Of a stretch of 64,000 nucleotides of DNA, positions 1 to 8,175 are shown piece by piece. The stretch is taken from NCBI GenBank assembly GCA_963722305.1, contig CAVRKE010000002.1:522678-586677 (forward strand), written 5' to 3'. Both the position numbers and the translations under genes were made by a program. Numbering within the stretch: the stretch's first letter is position 1; every line of letters begins with the position of its first letter. Source of the stretch: Candidatus Levyibacteriota bacterium (GTDB lineage: Bacteria > Patescibacteriota > Microgenomatia > Levybacterales > UBA12049). The notes under the pieces were generated by a model. It was not told the DNA's origin. It did not search any database and saw only the letters and a program-made list of their open reading frames with translations.

Positions 1-23
1 GTCTTTTATAAAAGCGGTAATGC

Positions 24-428
24 TTAAGGGGTTGAAAGATTAACGTTGGGGATATTTAAATTGGAAAGGGTGCCGATATTGAAGAATTGGAGGAGGAGGT
101 TAATGATAAAATAAGCCAAAAAGATCACCACTAAGCCGATGATAGCGGCAATAATATGCTCTCTGGCTTCGGCAACTTTGCTTTTGTCTCCGGTCGAGAT
201 TAGCCACCTAAATCCGCCGTAAATTAAGTAAAAGAGAGCTGCAATAACCGCAATTACAAACACCAATTGAATGGCAGCGCCAACCACGTTGCCAAAATTA
301 TTGGTGGACAGACTACACAAAATATTGAATTGTCCCCCTCCGCAGGTGTTTACTGATCCGGCGGCAAAAGCAGATGTGGCCAAAGAAAAATATGCTACTA
401 AAGATAATGGGAGAATAAGTTTTTTCAT
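24..428 (-). CDS. VirB2/TrbC-like conjugative-type pilin (signal peptide + two-TM pilin core)
   Basis: 134 aa. N-terminal signal peptide (MKKLILPLSLVAYFSLATSAFA) is followed by two hydrophobic helices flanking a short charged loop (…LIYGGFRWLISTGDKSKVAEAREHIIAAIIGLVVIF…), the architecture of TrbC/VirB2 pilins. Paralogous to ORFs 489..839, the C-terminus of 843..2318, and 17359..17763. Confidence 0.5.
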   Translation of the reverse strand: MKKLILPLSLVAYFSLATSAFAAGSVNTCGGGQFNILCSLSTNNFGNVVGAAIQLVFVIAVIAALFYLIYGGFRWLISTGDKSKVAEAREHIIAAIIGLVVIFLAYFIINLLLQFFNIGTLSNLNIPNVNLSTP

Positions 429-488
429 CTACTAATTAAATGCTAGTGCCTTTTTTGGCTGTTGTCAAGACCCATTTTAAGGCTAGCC

Positions 489-839
489 TCACGGGTTATT
501 GTAGTTAAGCGGCGCTGCACCGCTACCCAACAGAAAATTGTAAATAGCATTAATAATTAAAAAGGCGAAAAAAACAACCAATAAGCCAATGATGGCCCAA
601 ACAACCTTTTGTCTGGCGCTACTGACGCGTTGTTTATCGCCTTCGGACATCAACCAATTAAACCCTCCCCAGATTAAAAAAAACAAGGAAAGAAGAATTG
701 CTCCAACTAACAAAAGGTCAAGTCCGGTGCGGACAATTGTTAACAGGGGATCCGGCCCGCCTTCGGGCATGCCGCTGACACCGTGGATTTCTAGCGGTGC
801 ACCGTTAACACCCGGCACTGTTAAAGTAAGCAATTTCAT
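489..839 (-). CDS. VirB2/TrbC-like pilin paralog
   Basis: 116 aa. Shares the core motif with the neighbouring pilin (…LIWGGFNWLMSEGDKQRVSSARQKVVWAIIGLLVVFF… vs …LIYGGFRWLISTGDKSKVAEAREHIIAAIIGLVVIF…). In tandem with the adjacent pilin genes, with a 4-bp gap to the upstream gene. Confidence 0.5.
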   Translation of the reverse strand: MKLLTLTVPGVNGAPLEIHGVSGMPEGGPDPLLTIVRTGLDLLLVGAILLSLFFLIWGGFNWLMSEGDKQRVSSARQKVVWAIIGLLVVFFAFLIINAIYNFLLGSGAAPLNYNNP

Positions 840-842
840 ATT

Positions 843-2318
843 TTACTGGGCAAAACCCGGCAGCTGTAAAATGTTCACTCCGATAATCTGCAGAATAATC
901 AGCGAAAGGATAACAAATAATAACCCGATAATCGCAGCGGTGAGCTGGTCCCTGGCGTTTTTAATATTTTCCGGATTGCCTTGGGAAACCATCATCCGGT
1001 AACCGGAGATAATGATTAAAATTACGGCAATCCCGCCGGCAATACTAAGAATTAGTCCTAAAATTGCCTGAGCGATTTGGTCCGGAGAAGTGGTAATGTC
1101 TCCAATGGCAGTATCGCAGGTAAAAGTATTATTCGGTTCCGGTGTACAGAAGGGCTGGTTTGGGGCAGGGGGAAGTCCAATGCCCTGGAGATCATTAATC
1201 GACTCACAGTAGAATTCCCCTCCGGTTGTAACCCCTCCCTGTAAGCAAACATACCCACTGCAGCATCCGCCAGTGGCCCCTGGCGCGGCATTAGGAGCAC
1301 AAGGGGATGGGTTTTGTGGGGTTCCGTCAGTATTAGTGCCACAGGTGCCTCCACCATAACAGGAATATGTTCCCCCAGTGGTTACGCCTCCCGAACTGCA
1401 AATTTGTCCGGCGCAGCATGAGCCTGCTTGAGCCAATCCCGCTGTGACAGTGGGGTTACAGCTAGACGGGGGAATAGGGGGGTTGGAAGAGGAGTTGCAG
1501 TAATTTAGCGTGCTCACACAACCATATGTAGTATTTGGGTTGGTAGATCCAGCAGTATTGGTTACTACACAACTAAAGTATGTACAACAGCCGTGATTTG
1601 ACTTATTGTCATTTGGGTTACAGGAGGTTGGATTGTGGCCGTTAATGCAGGTTGCCGCAGTATAAACGCAGGCGTAATATTCTGGTGTATTATCAGCAGG
1701 AGGATTAGGTACATGGTGATAACAGGTATAGCCGTCGCAACAGGGATTGGGAGTACAGGAAGTAATATTAGTAGGGTTGGTGCAGGCACCCGGAGCTGAT
1801 GCACTAGAATAACAGCAGGTTGTCGCGCCTGTACAATCAGAGGTTGCCACTTCGCTGCCACCATTGCAGTCGTTTGGGTCTATACAGTTGCCGCCGTAGT
1901 CTCGTTTACAGAAAAGAGGAATGCAACAACTTCCACCTCCTACAGCTGAACAATAGCCTGTAGAGCCTACCATCTGGATGTATCCTGACTGGCACGCGGA
2001 GCCAGACTGACCAGGCTGACATTCCCCGCCCATTGCGCTGCAGGTATCTTCGCAGCAATAATGGGGGTTTGCGGGGTTTGTGGGGTTTGCACAAGCAGGG
2101 TCTGAAGTAGTAGTATAACCGGTAGGGCAGACCTCTCCGCCACCTAAACCATTGGTTGTCGAACAGCTATATGCTTGGTTAGGGCCGCAAGTACCGGCAA
2201 ATACAGATTTAACAGGAGCAAGAATACTTAAGAACAAAAAGATAAAAACAGAAGTGAATAAATAAATGAATAGCCTTCGCACAAGTTTATGATAGAACAA
2301 AAACTGAATAAAATGCAA
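843..2318 (-). CDS. Secreted cysteine/threonine-rich protein with C-terminal VirB2/TrbC-like pilin domain (pilin fusion)
   Basis: 491 aa. Long N-terminal signal/TM region, then ~380 aa very rich in Cys (many CC and CxxC), Thr, Gly, Asn and Pro. The C-terminal ~80 aa (…IAVILIIISGYRMMVSQGNPENIKNARDQLTAAIIGLLFVILSLIILQIIGVNILQLPGFAQ) matches the pilin core of the neighbouring genes and of 17359..17763, which ends …NVLKIPGFSP. Confidence 0.5.
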   Translation of the reverse strand: MHFIQFLFYHKLVRRLFIYLFTSVFIFLFLSILAPVKSVFAGTCGPNQAYSCSTTNGLGGGEVCPTGYTTTSDPACANPTNPANPHYCCEDTCSAMGGECQPGQSGSACQSGYIQMVGSTGYCSAVGGGSCCIPLFCKRDYGGNCIDPNDCNGGSEVATSDCTGATTCCYSSASAPGACTNPTNITSCTPNPCCDGYTCYHHVPNPPADNTPEYYACVYTAATCINGHNPTSCNPNDNKSNHGCCTYFSCVVTNTAGSTNPNTTYGCVSTLNYCNSSSNPPIPPSSCNPTVTAGLAQAGSCCAGQICSSGGVTTGGTYSCYGGGTCGTNTDGTPQNPSPCAPNAAPGATGGCCSGYVCLQGGVTTGGEFYCESINDLQGIGLPPAPNQPFCTPEPNNTFTCDTAIGDITTSPDQIAQAILGLILSIAGGIAVILIIISGYRMMVSQGNPENIKNARDQLTAAIIGLLFVILSLIILQIIGVNILQLPGFAQ

Positions 2319-2338
2319 GCCCTCCCGTGATTGCTGAT

Positions 2339-2725
2339 TTATGATTTTGGATTAATGAATGTTTTGCTTTTTCTGATAAGCCCTTGTAAAAGTGGCCCGA
2401 CGATATTTGATTGTTCAACTAAATCTTGAAAATCTTTCTCAGCCAAGTAGTTTATGTCTTTTGCGATTAATATAAAATTTTTAAGCTCGGACAATGAACC
2501 TTTTGCCAGATAATAAAACTGGACCTTCTCTTTGTAAGTTTGTCTACCGAATCCTTCAGCAATATTTGCGGTAATTGAAGCAGCCGCTCGTCGCATCTGG
2601 TCCACAAGTGAATATGTCTCTTCTCTTGGAAAACTTTTGGTAATTTTATAGGCCAAGATTACCAGTTTATGTCCTTCTCGCCAAACATTTAAATCTGTAA
2701 ATGTTTCTATTTTCCCGTTTTTCAT
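2339..2725 (-). CDS. Four-helix-bundle protein (23S rRNA intervening-sequence protein family, TIGR02436-like)
   Basis: 128 aa. Motif LVILAYKITKSFPREETYSLVDQMRRAAASITANIAEGFGR…LAKGSLSEL is the hallmark of the '23S rRNA IVS / four helix bundle' family. Confidence 0.6.
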   Translation of the reverse strand: MKNGKIETFTDLNVWREGHKLVILAYKITKSFPREETYSLVDQMRRAAASITANIAEGFGRQTYKEKVQFYYLAKGSLSELKNFILIAKDINYLAEKDFQDLVEQSNIVGPLLQGLIRKSKTFINPKS

Positions 2726-2763
2726 AAATCTTTAATCAATAATCTGTAATCTTTAAATTCACA

Positions 2764-4131
2764 TCAGGATGTGAATTTAAACCCGCGGCCTTTGGCGGTC
2801 TGGAGATGCTGTGGAGTATTGGGGTTTTCTTCAATCTTTTTTCTGACCCGGAAAATCAACTGGTCTAAAGCCTGGTCGGTTACACCCAAGGTAGTTTTGG
2901 CTTCTTTCCAAACAGCGTTAATAATTTCCTCCTTTTCCAGCACCCGCTCTTTGTTTTCCAGCATAAATTTAAGCAGCCGGTACTCAAGCGAAGTTAATTT
3001 ATCCGAGATTAATAGCTCGCCTTTGAGGATTTCTTGGGCTTCATTGAGCGAAAAGTGCTCATCCTGTTTTGAAAGTGTTTGTTTTTCTTTAATAAAATCC
3101 GCAAACAAAGAAATGCTTAACAGACCATTTTTAATCAGCCCGACGTTTTCCAGATAACGCAGTTCTTCAGTGTCGGAAGCCAGGGGTTTGGCGCCAACGG
3201 AGAGAAAATTCTGTTCAAAGGGAGTTAAATAATTCCAAATCGCGGCCAAGGTATTGCGGATGGTTTTTTGTTCGAGTAAGAATTTTCTCAGCAGCAATTT
3301 ATTCTCAAATTGTTGCTCGGTGGCCAACAACGCCTCAACCGATAGCAGCAATAAACTACTGTGCCCACCGGTTAATTGCAAAACCTCATCCAACAGTTTT
3401 GGCTCAATTTTTTTCTCGGTGATTTTCTCTAAATAGGAAACCCGGAATTTAATCCCCACCTCATCATATATCGGTAGGTAAATCACTTTGCCCACTACAT
3501 ATTCATAAAAGTCGGATAAAAAGCTGGCTTCCAGAATATCTTCCAGCGGCCGGTTGAGGGAAAAGACCACCGAAAAGCGGTATTTAGCCCTATTCCTTAA
3601 AATTCTTAGGTTGGCAAAAAAATCGCTGTCCACCACCGAAAGGTATTCTTCAAAGCGGTCAAACAAGAAAACGATGGTCAATTCTTTTTCCAGGGCCAGA
3701 TAATCAACGGTTTTTTTTAAGCCCTGAAACAAAACCAATTCGTCTTTAAACTCCAGGCTTTCTTTAAAAATCTGGTTGGCAACGGCGTATTCTGCGTCTT
3801 TTTTCCTTTCGCGCAGCGAATCAACCAAATTTAAAAAGATAAACTTTGTCGCATCAAGCAACGGCCTTTTTTTGATTTCGGAAAAATTTAAATAAACAAA
3901 ATGAAACCAACTTTGCCGTTCTTCGCTGACGTGTTTAATCCTGACGTTGCGGTTGTAAGCCAACAGCCCCAAGAAATTGGAGCGGCCGGCCCCGGGAACG
4001 GAAACCACTTGGCAGGAGCTGCCTTCTTTAATAAAACCCAAAATTTTTTCAATTTCCGCAAAACGGGTATTTTCCGGATACAGAGCTTCGAAATGGGCAG
4101 ATTCGATGGTTGCATTATCTAGTTGTTTCAT
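2764..4131 (-). CDS. ATPase-like (degenerate Walker A) protein with C-terminal OmpR/PhoB-type winged-helix DNA-binding domain
   Basis: 455 aa. N-terminal P-loop-like VSVPGAGRSNFLGL (Arg in place of the Lys in GxxGxGK) and Walker-B-like IVFLFDRFEE. C-terminal …LTSLEYRLLKFMLENKERVLEKEEIINAVWKEAKTTLGVTDQALDQLIFRVRKKIEENPNTPQHLQTAKGRGFKF fits the trans_reg_C (OmpR) consensus. Confidence 0.5.
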   Translation of the reverse strand: MKQLDNATIESAHFEALYPENTRFAEIEKILGFIKEGSSCQVVSVPGAGRSNFLGLLAYNRNVRIKHVSEERQSWFHFVYLNFSEIKKRPLLDATKFIFLNLVDSLRERKKDAEYAVANQIFKESLEFKDELVLFQGLKKTVDYLALEKELTIVFLFDRFEEYLSVVDSDFFANLRILRNRAKYRFSVVFSLNRPLEDILEASFLSDFYEYVVGKVIYLPIYDEVGIKFRVSYLEKITEKKIEPKLLDEVLQLTGGHSSLLLLSVEALLATEQQFENKLLLRKFLLEQKTIRNTLAAIWNYLTPFEQNFLSVGAKPLASDTEELRYLENVGLIKNGLLSISLFADFIKEKQTLSKQDEHFSLNEAQEILKGELLISDKLTSLEYRLLKFMLENKERVLEKEEIINAVWKEAKTTLGVTDQALDQLIFRVRKKIEENPNTPQHLQTAKGRGFKFTS

Positions 4132-4190
4132 GATTTAAAATTTCTAATTTTTAATTCCTAATTTCTAGTCAAATCCGAATTTAACAATAA

Positions 4191-4445
4191 CTAATGTTTA
4201 TTGTTACTAGATTTAATAATAGCATTAAATATGAGATTAAGCTCTTTTGCTTCTTGCCACAAGATTCTTGCTTCCTTTTTCGTCTCCGGTAAGGTTGTGG
4301 CGATTAACTGGTTAATAAGAGAATTTGTAATTGCGTTTTGGGAAATTTTTTTGCAAAACACAATAATACTCTCCGCAAATTTAGTAGTTCTTTCTTCTAA
4401 ATCGTATTTATTTGGGTTTTCTTTTATTGGCACTTGACTAGTCAT
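4191..4445 (-). CDS. Short four-helix-bundle (23S rRNA IVS family) protein
   Basis: 84 aa. YDLEERTTKFAESIIVFCKK…NSLINQLI matches the N-terminal consensus of the four-helix-bundle family (DLEERT.FA..II.FCKKL). Shorter than usual. The overlapping + ORF 4201..4437 has no recognizable features. Confidence 0.45.
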   Translation of the reverse strand: MTSQVPIKENPNKYDLEERTTKFAESIIVFCKKISQNAITNSLINQLIATTLPETKKEARILWQEAKELNLIFNAIIKSSNNKH

Positions 4446-4543
4446 TAGAAATTAATAATTTAGGATTTGTGTAACTAAATTGTAAACTTTCTGTAAGCTT
4501 AATATCAAGCTTCTACCGCCAACTTCTTTTAAACTCCCCTCGT

Positions 4544-7500
4544 ATGGAAAACGAAAATTATGTTGTCAAGCCGGTTGAAAAACCAGTTGTGCAACAAAAA
4601 CCAAATGAATTGACAAGCAGGCCCAATTCTCCTAAGCTGAATAGAGAGGGGAATATTTTTATGGCAGATACAGTAAACGAAAGCGCACCGACAGGTAACG
4701 GACAAGGGACATCGGATGTTAAAGCAACAGCTGAATCAGGTACTGGAACCGTAACAGCTGAAGATACAGAAGCCAGTGCCAAAGAAGCAAATTCTAACCC
4801 CGCAAAAACAGCAGCCAACGCTGAAGAAGCGGCCAGAGCTAGAGATGAAGAAGCCACAGCCAGAGAGGCAGCAGCCAGAGCCAGAGAGGAAGAGGCAGCC
4901 GGTGAAGAAGACGAAAGCGGAGAAGAGCCAACAGCCAAGACAGCCGGGGAAGACGAAAATACAGCTGAAGAAGCCACCCAAGAGCAGCAGGAGTGGGCAG
5001 CAGAAGCATGGACTTATTTAAATTTGTTAGGTGAGGAAGAAATTAGCGAAGATGACTTACAGGCGCAGCAAAAGAAAATAAGTAAAGGGATTGGTCCTAA
5101 CGGGAAAAAAATGACAATGGATGTTATCGCTAACACCGAATTGGAGGACGAAGAGCGCATCCGGGCAGTGGAAGTAATGCTGCAGCGCGAGAGCAATCCT
5201 TTTAGCGAAGAACAAAAAAAACTGCTGATTGCCGCACACGAAGTCGGCGCAAACGAACCAGGGCGTCTTCCCAACACCATGGCAGGCGCTTATAACTATA
5301 CACAGGAACAGTTAGGAAAGAAAATAAAAAAATTAAAAGAGGCGGGAATAGAGAGCGCAGGAGACCGCCGAAAATTAATCGAAAGCGGTCTGATGGGAAA
5401 GGGATTTAACATCGGTAAAACGGGCATTAATGATGCAGTTATTCTAAACGAAATTAATACGATAGAGTTAATGGTTAATATAGCTATCAGTCAAGAAGCA
5501 AAGATTGAACGGTTACGTGAAGCCATGGCAAGGCTGTCAAGCATGCCGCCTTCGGCAGATAAAGATATTGCCCTAAAAAGGACTAAATTTCATTTGATTA
5601 AAGAATCAATAATGGGTAAAGAAGCTGCCGAGGAGTCAAGACGAAAAGAACCAAAAATATGGGATGGGACACAGGGTTATCAATGGCCCGAAACATATTA
5701 CGAGAATCAATACAATAATCCTGACCGTAAGCTCCACGACAGTCTTCAGGATAACTTTAATAAGATGTTTGATAAGCTTTCGCCTCAGCATGGTGTTGAT
5801 GCAGGCTTAGTCGATTTTATTGTTAACCTGCCTGATTCAAAATTACTTTTTTCGCTTGTCAATAAAATCGCCGCTTTACCTTTGGAAACGGAAATTGCCG
5901 ATTATGAAATCAGTTTCTACGCCAATGCGGTTTTAGATAATATCAAGGAATCTTTATCCAAATCTGCTGCCGGTCCTTCCGTTGAGAGGAGAGAAAGGCA
6001 AACTAAGGTGAATAATCTCTTGGAAGCATACCGACATCTACACCAGATGAATAAATACATCGCCACCGATAATGCCGACCATTTTGCAGATGGGTCAGGC
6101 TCTATTCTGCCGGAGCATCTCCAGGCTTTGCTGGATGTTAAAGGTGTTGATGTGCTGATGAATTTATATGACTCGGGCTACATGAGTTTAATAACAGGAA
6201 CAGATAAATGTGTAACTGTTGCCAATGAAGAAAGGTTACTCGGTAAAGAACTGGAAGGCAGCGAGCTAAAACAGGCGGTTAACAATCTGGGCCGGGTAAG
6301 GTCTATCGGTTCAATCGAGGATCAAATACGCCATTTGGTTGATTTGGCAAGAACCAACCCTTTTCTTTCGGAATTACAAGGTATGACCGATGAGGAAATC
6401 CGTCACGCCATTGGTTGCGCCAGGGTTTTATATAATGATTCTTTACGGTCGGTGGAGGTAGTTTCCTTGGGTGAATGGCGAAAAGGTGCCGAACTTCGGT
6501 CGCCGCCTAAGGAACGCGCTGCCAGACTTTGGTCTCTTGGCTGGGAATGGAAAAGGTTTGAATCGGGCAAAGCCACCGGAGGAATGTGGGTATTAGACCG
6601 TATGCTGACGCACCACCAGGGACTGCGTGTCAAACAGGGTTGGGGGAAAACTTCGATTACCAGATTATCCGGAGGCAAAGATCTTAGAGACTTTGAACTT
6701 AATGGCTTACTCAACGGGGCGAGCATTTTTGCCACCTGGAGGACAGAGGGTACAATTATTGAGCAGGCACCAATAGTCATAGATGGTGAATTAACCACGC
6801 TTAGTAGATACATTCAAGCAGAAAAGGCAAAGAACGAGGAGCCTACTAATCCCCATAAGCTTAAGCCGGATGAGCTTTTAAGACACATCTTCTTGGTTGG
6901 TAACCAGTTAAAACCGGAATTCACCAACGCTTATGGAGTATTGTTAAAATTAGACGATGTTCTTCCTAAAGAACTCGATTCAAAAGAGCTAAAAGATGCT
7001 AAAAAAGCTGTCAGAACCGCCATCCTTAAACGAATGGCCGAGGAAACGCCGATGGCTTTGGCATTTTTAACGGCGGGGATGGATTTTGATTCCCAAAAAG
7101 GAAAAGTTCCGGCATTCCATAGAGATTCTCAGGGAAGACAGCTCACGCTAGATGATTTTCGAGATTTTGCCAAAACACTTAACCCTGACACAAATGAAAC
7201 TTACAGGGATTTATTACTAAAATTAATCACTACCAATGAAATACGCTTGGCCAGCATCAAAAACAACACAGTAGATTTGGGGCGTCAAGCAAAAGGGGTG
7301 TTGGGTCCGTCTTCGCCAATCTTAAACTTGAACGATATTATTTTTGATCCAAGTAGTGGTGGTGCAAAACAGGATTTTCAAGTAGAACTTAGTGGTGCTG
7401 AAAAAGAGCTCTTAGATCAAATTCAAGCTTATGGTAATGACGTGGCAGAGGAGTTGGCTGAGGTCCGTTTTCCCTATAACCCGGTAATGAATGACGTAGT

Positions 7501-8146
7501 CTGGGGAACAGTTGATTTTCGAAAAGCTGGAGCAATTTATTTTAGCCGTCAAGTCGGCGATGATGTCGCCAGGTTTCAGACGGAAAAAAAACTCGAGGCT
7601 GTTAATCGCGAACCGACCATGGAGCCAAAAAATGCCATTGAGGCGATACATGAGGGGGCAAAAATTCTGGACGGGCCAAACGGCAGGGACAAAGTTCAAG
7701 ATGAGTTCTTGCCTTTGATTATGGCCTTGGCTGATTTTTACCGGGCAGGAGGACAACTGGGTGATGGACCACTGGCCACTTTAATGAGGTGGGGACTGCA
7801 TAATACTTGGTATGCGAAGGAATTAGCGAACATACTGAATACTTCTAATTCGGTTGCTCAGGAGTATGGTGGAGCAAAGGCCCCGTGTCTTGATCAGTTG
7901 GCGATGAACGACTGGTTCAATGACGTCTTGGTAGCCGAGCTTACCAGAAGAAGTATTAAATCAAAATTATCGGATGGTACAGTCTATAACTTTGCCGACA
8001 TTGACGGCTGGTTGAGGAGAAAATACGGACTGTCCTTTTTTGGATTACCGCTTTGGCTAATAGTGGTATTACAGAATCTGTTCCCAATAGCGCTGGGCGG
8101 CGGTGTGATTGTGGCCGGGAGAAAGGCCACCGGAGAACAGAAGTAA
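4544..8146 (+). CDS. Giant hypothetical protein (1200 aa): Ala/Glu-rich low-complexity N-terminus, C-terminal transmembrane anchor
   Basis: Longest ORF in the window. The N-terminal ~150 aa are an acidic Ala/Glu/Thr-rich low-complexity region. The C-terminus …LSFFGLPLWLIVVLQNLFPIALGGGVIVAG is hydrophobic (tail anchor). No P-loop or other catalytic motif recognised. Confidence 0.45.
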   Translation: MENENYVVKPVEKPVVQQKPNELTSRPNSPKLNREGNIFMADTVNESAPTGNGQGTSDVKATAESGTGTVTAEDTEASAKEANSNPAKTAANAEEAARARDEEATAREAAARAREEEAAGEEDESGEEPTAKTAGEDENTAEEATQEQQEWAAEAWTYLNLLGEEEISEDDLQAQQKKISKGIGPNGKKMTMDVIANTELEDEERIRAVEVMLQRESNPFSEEQKKLLIAAHEVGANEPGRLPNTMAGAYNYTQEQLGKKIKKLKEAGIESAGDRRKLIESGLMGKGFNIGKTGINDAVILNEINTIELMVNIAISQEAKIERLREAMARLSSMPPSADKDIALKRTKFHLIKESIMGKEAAEESRRKEPKIWDGTQGYQWPETYYENQYNNPDRKLHDSLQDNFNKMFDKLSPQHGVDAGLVDFIVNLPDSKLLFSLVNKIAALPLETEIADYEISFYANAVLDNIKESLSKSAAGPSVERRERQTKVNNLLEAYRHLHQMNKYIATDNADHFADGSGSILPEHLQALLDVKGVDVLMNLYDSGYMSLITGTDKCVTVANEERLLGKELEGSELKQAVNNLGRVRSIGSIEDQIRHLVDLARTNPFLSELQGMTDEEIRHAIGCARVLYNDSLRSVEVVSLGEWRKGAELRSPPKERAARLWSLGWEWKRFESGKATGGMWVLDRMLTHHQGLRVKQGWGKTSITRLSGGKDLRDFELNGLLNGASIFATWRTEGTIIEQAPIVIDGELTTLSRYIQAEKAKNEEPTNPHKLKPDELLRHIFLVGNQLKPEFTNAYGVLLKLDDVLPKELDSKELKDAKKAVRTAILKRMAEETPMALAFLTAGMDFDSQKGKVPAFHRDSQGRQLTLDDFRDFAKTLNPDTNETYRDLLLKLITTNEIRLASIKNNTVDLGRQAKGVLGPSSPILNLNDIIFDPSSGGAKQDFQVELSGAEKELLDQIQAYGNDVAEELAEVRFPYNPVMNDVVWGTVDFRKAGAIYFSRQVGDDVARFQTEKKLEAVNREPTMEPKNAIEAIHEGAKILDGPNGRDKVQDEFLPLIMALADFYRAGGQLGDGPLATLMRWGLHNTWYAKELANILNTSNSVAQEYGGAKAPCLDQLAMNDWFNDVLVAELTRRSIKSKLSDGTVYNFADIDGWLRRKYGLSFFGLPLWLIVVLQNLFPIALGGGVIVAGRKATGEQK

Positions 8147-8175
8147 AGTTTGTTATTGTTGTTCTTGTTCTTGTT

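Noticed and set aside
589-2094. Plus-strand ORF 589..1002 and minus-strand ORFs 1058..1357, 1565..1864, 1906..2094 overlapping the pilin and Cys-rich genes
   Set aside because: They overlap longer ORFs with recognisable pilin or Cys-rich features. Their translations are Pro/Leu/Arg-rich, typical of out-of-frame readings.
4558-4981. Minus-strand ORFs (139 aa, 81 aa) antisense to the start of the 1200-aa gene
   Set aside because: They lie within an Ala/Glu-rich GCN-repeat region where both strands stay open by codon periodicity. They are low-complexity Ser/Ala/Leu strings and the sense ORF is 1200 aa.
8147-8175. ttgttcttgttcttgttc microsatellite-like tract between convergent genes
   Set aside because: Too short (3 units) and no flanking hairpin. 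Probably incidental.
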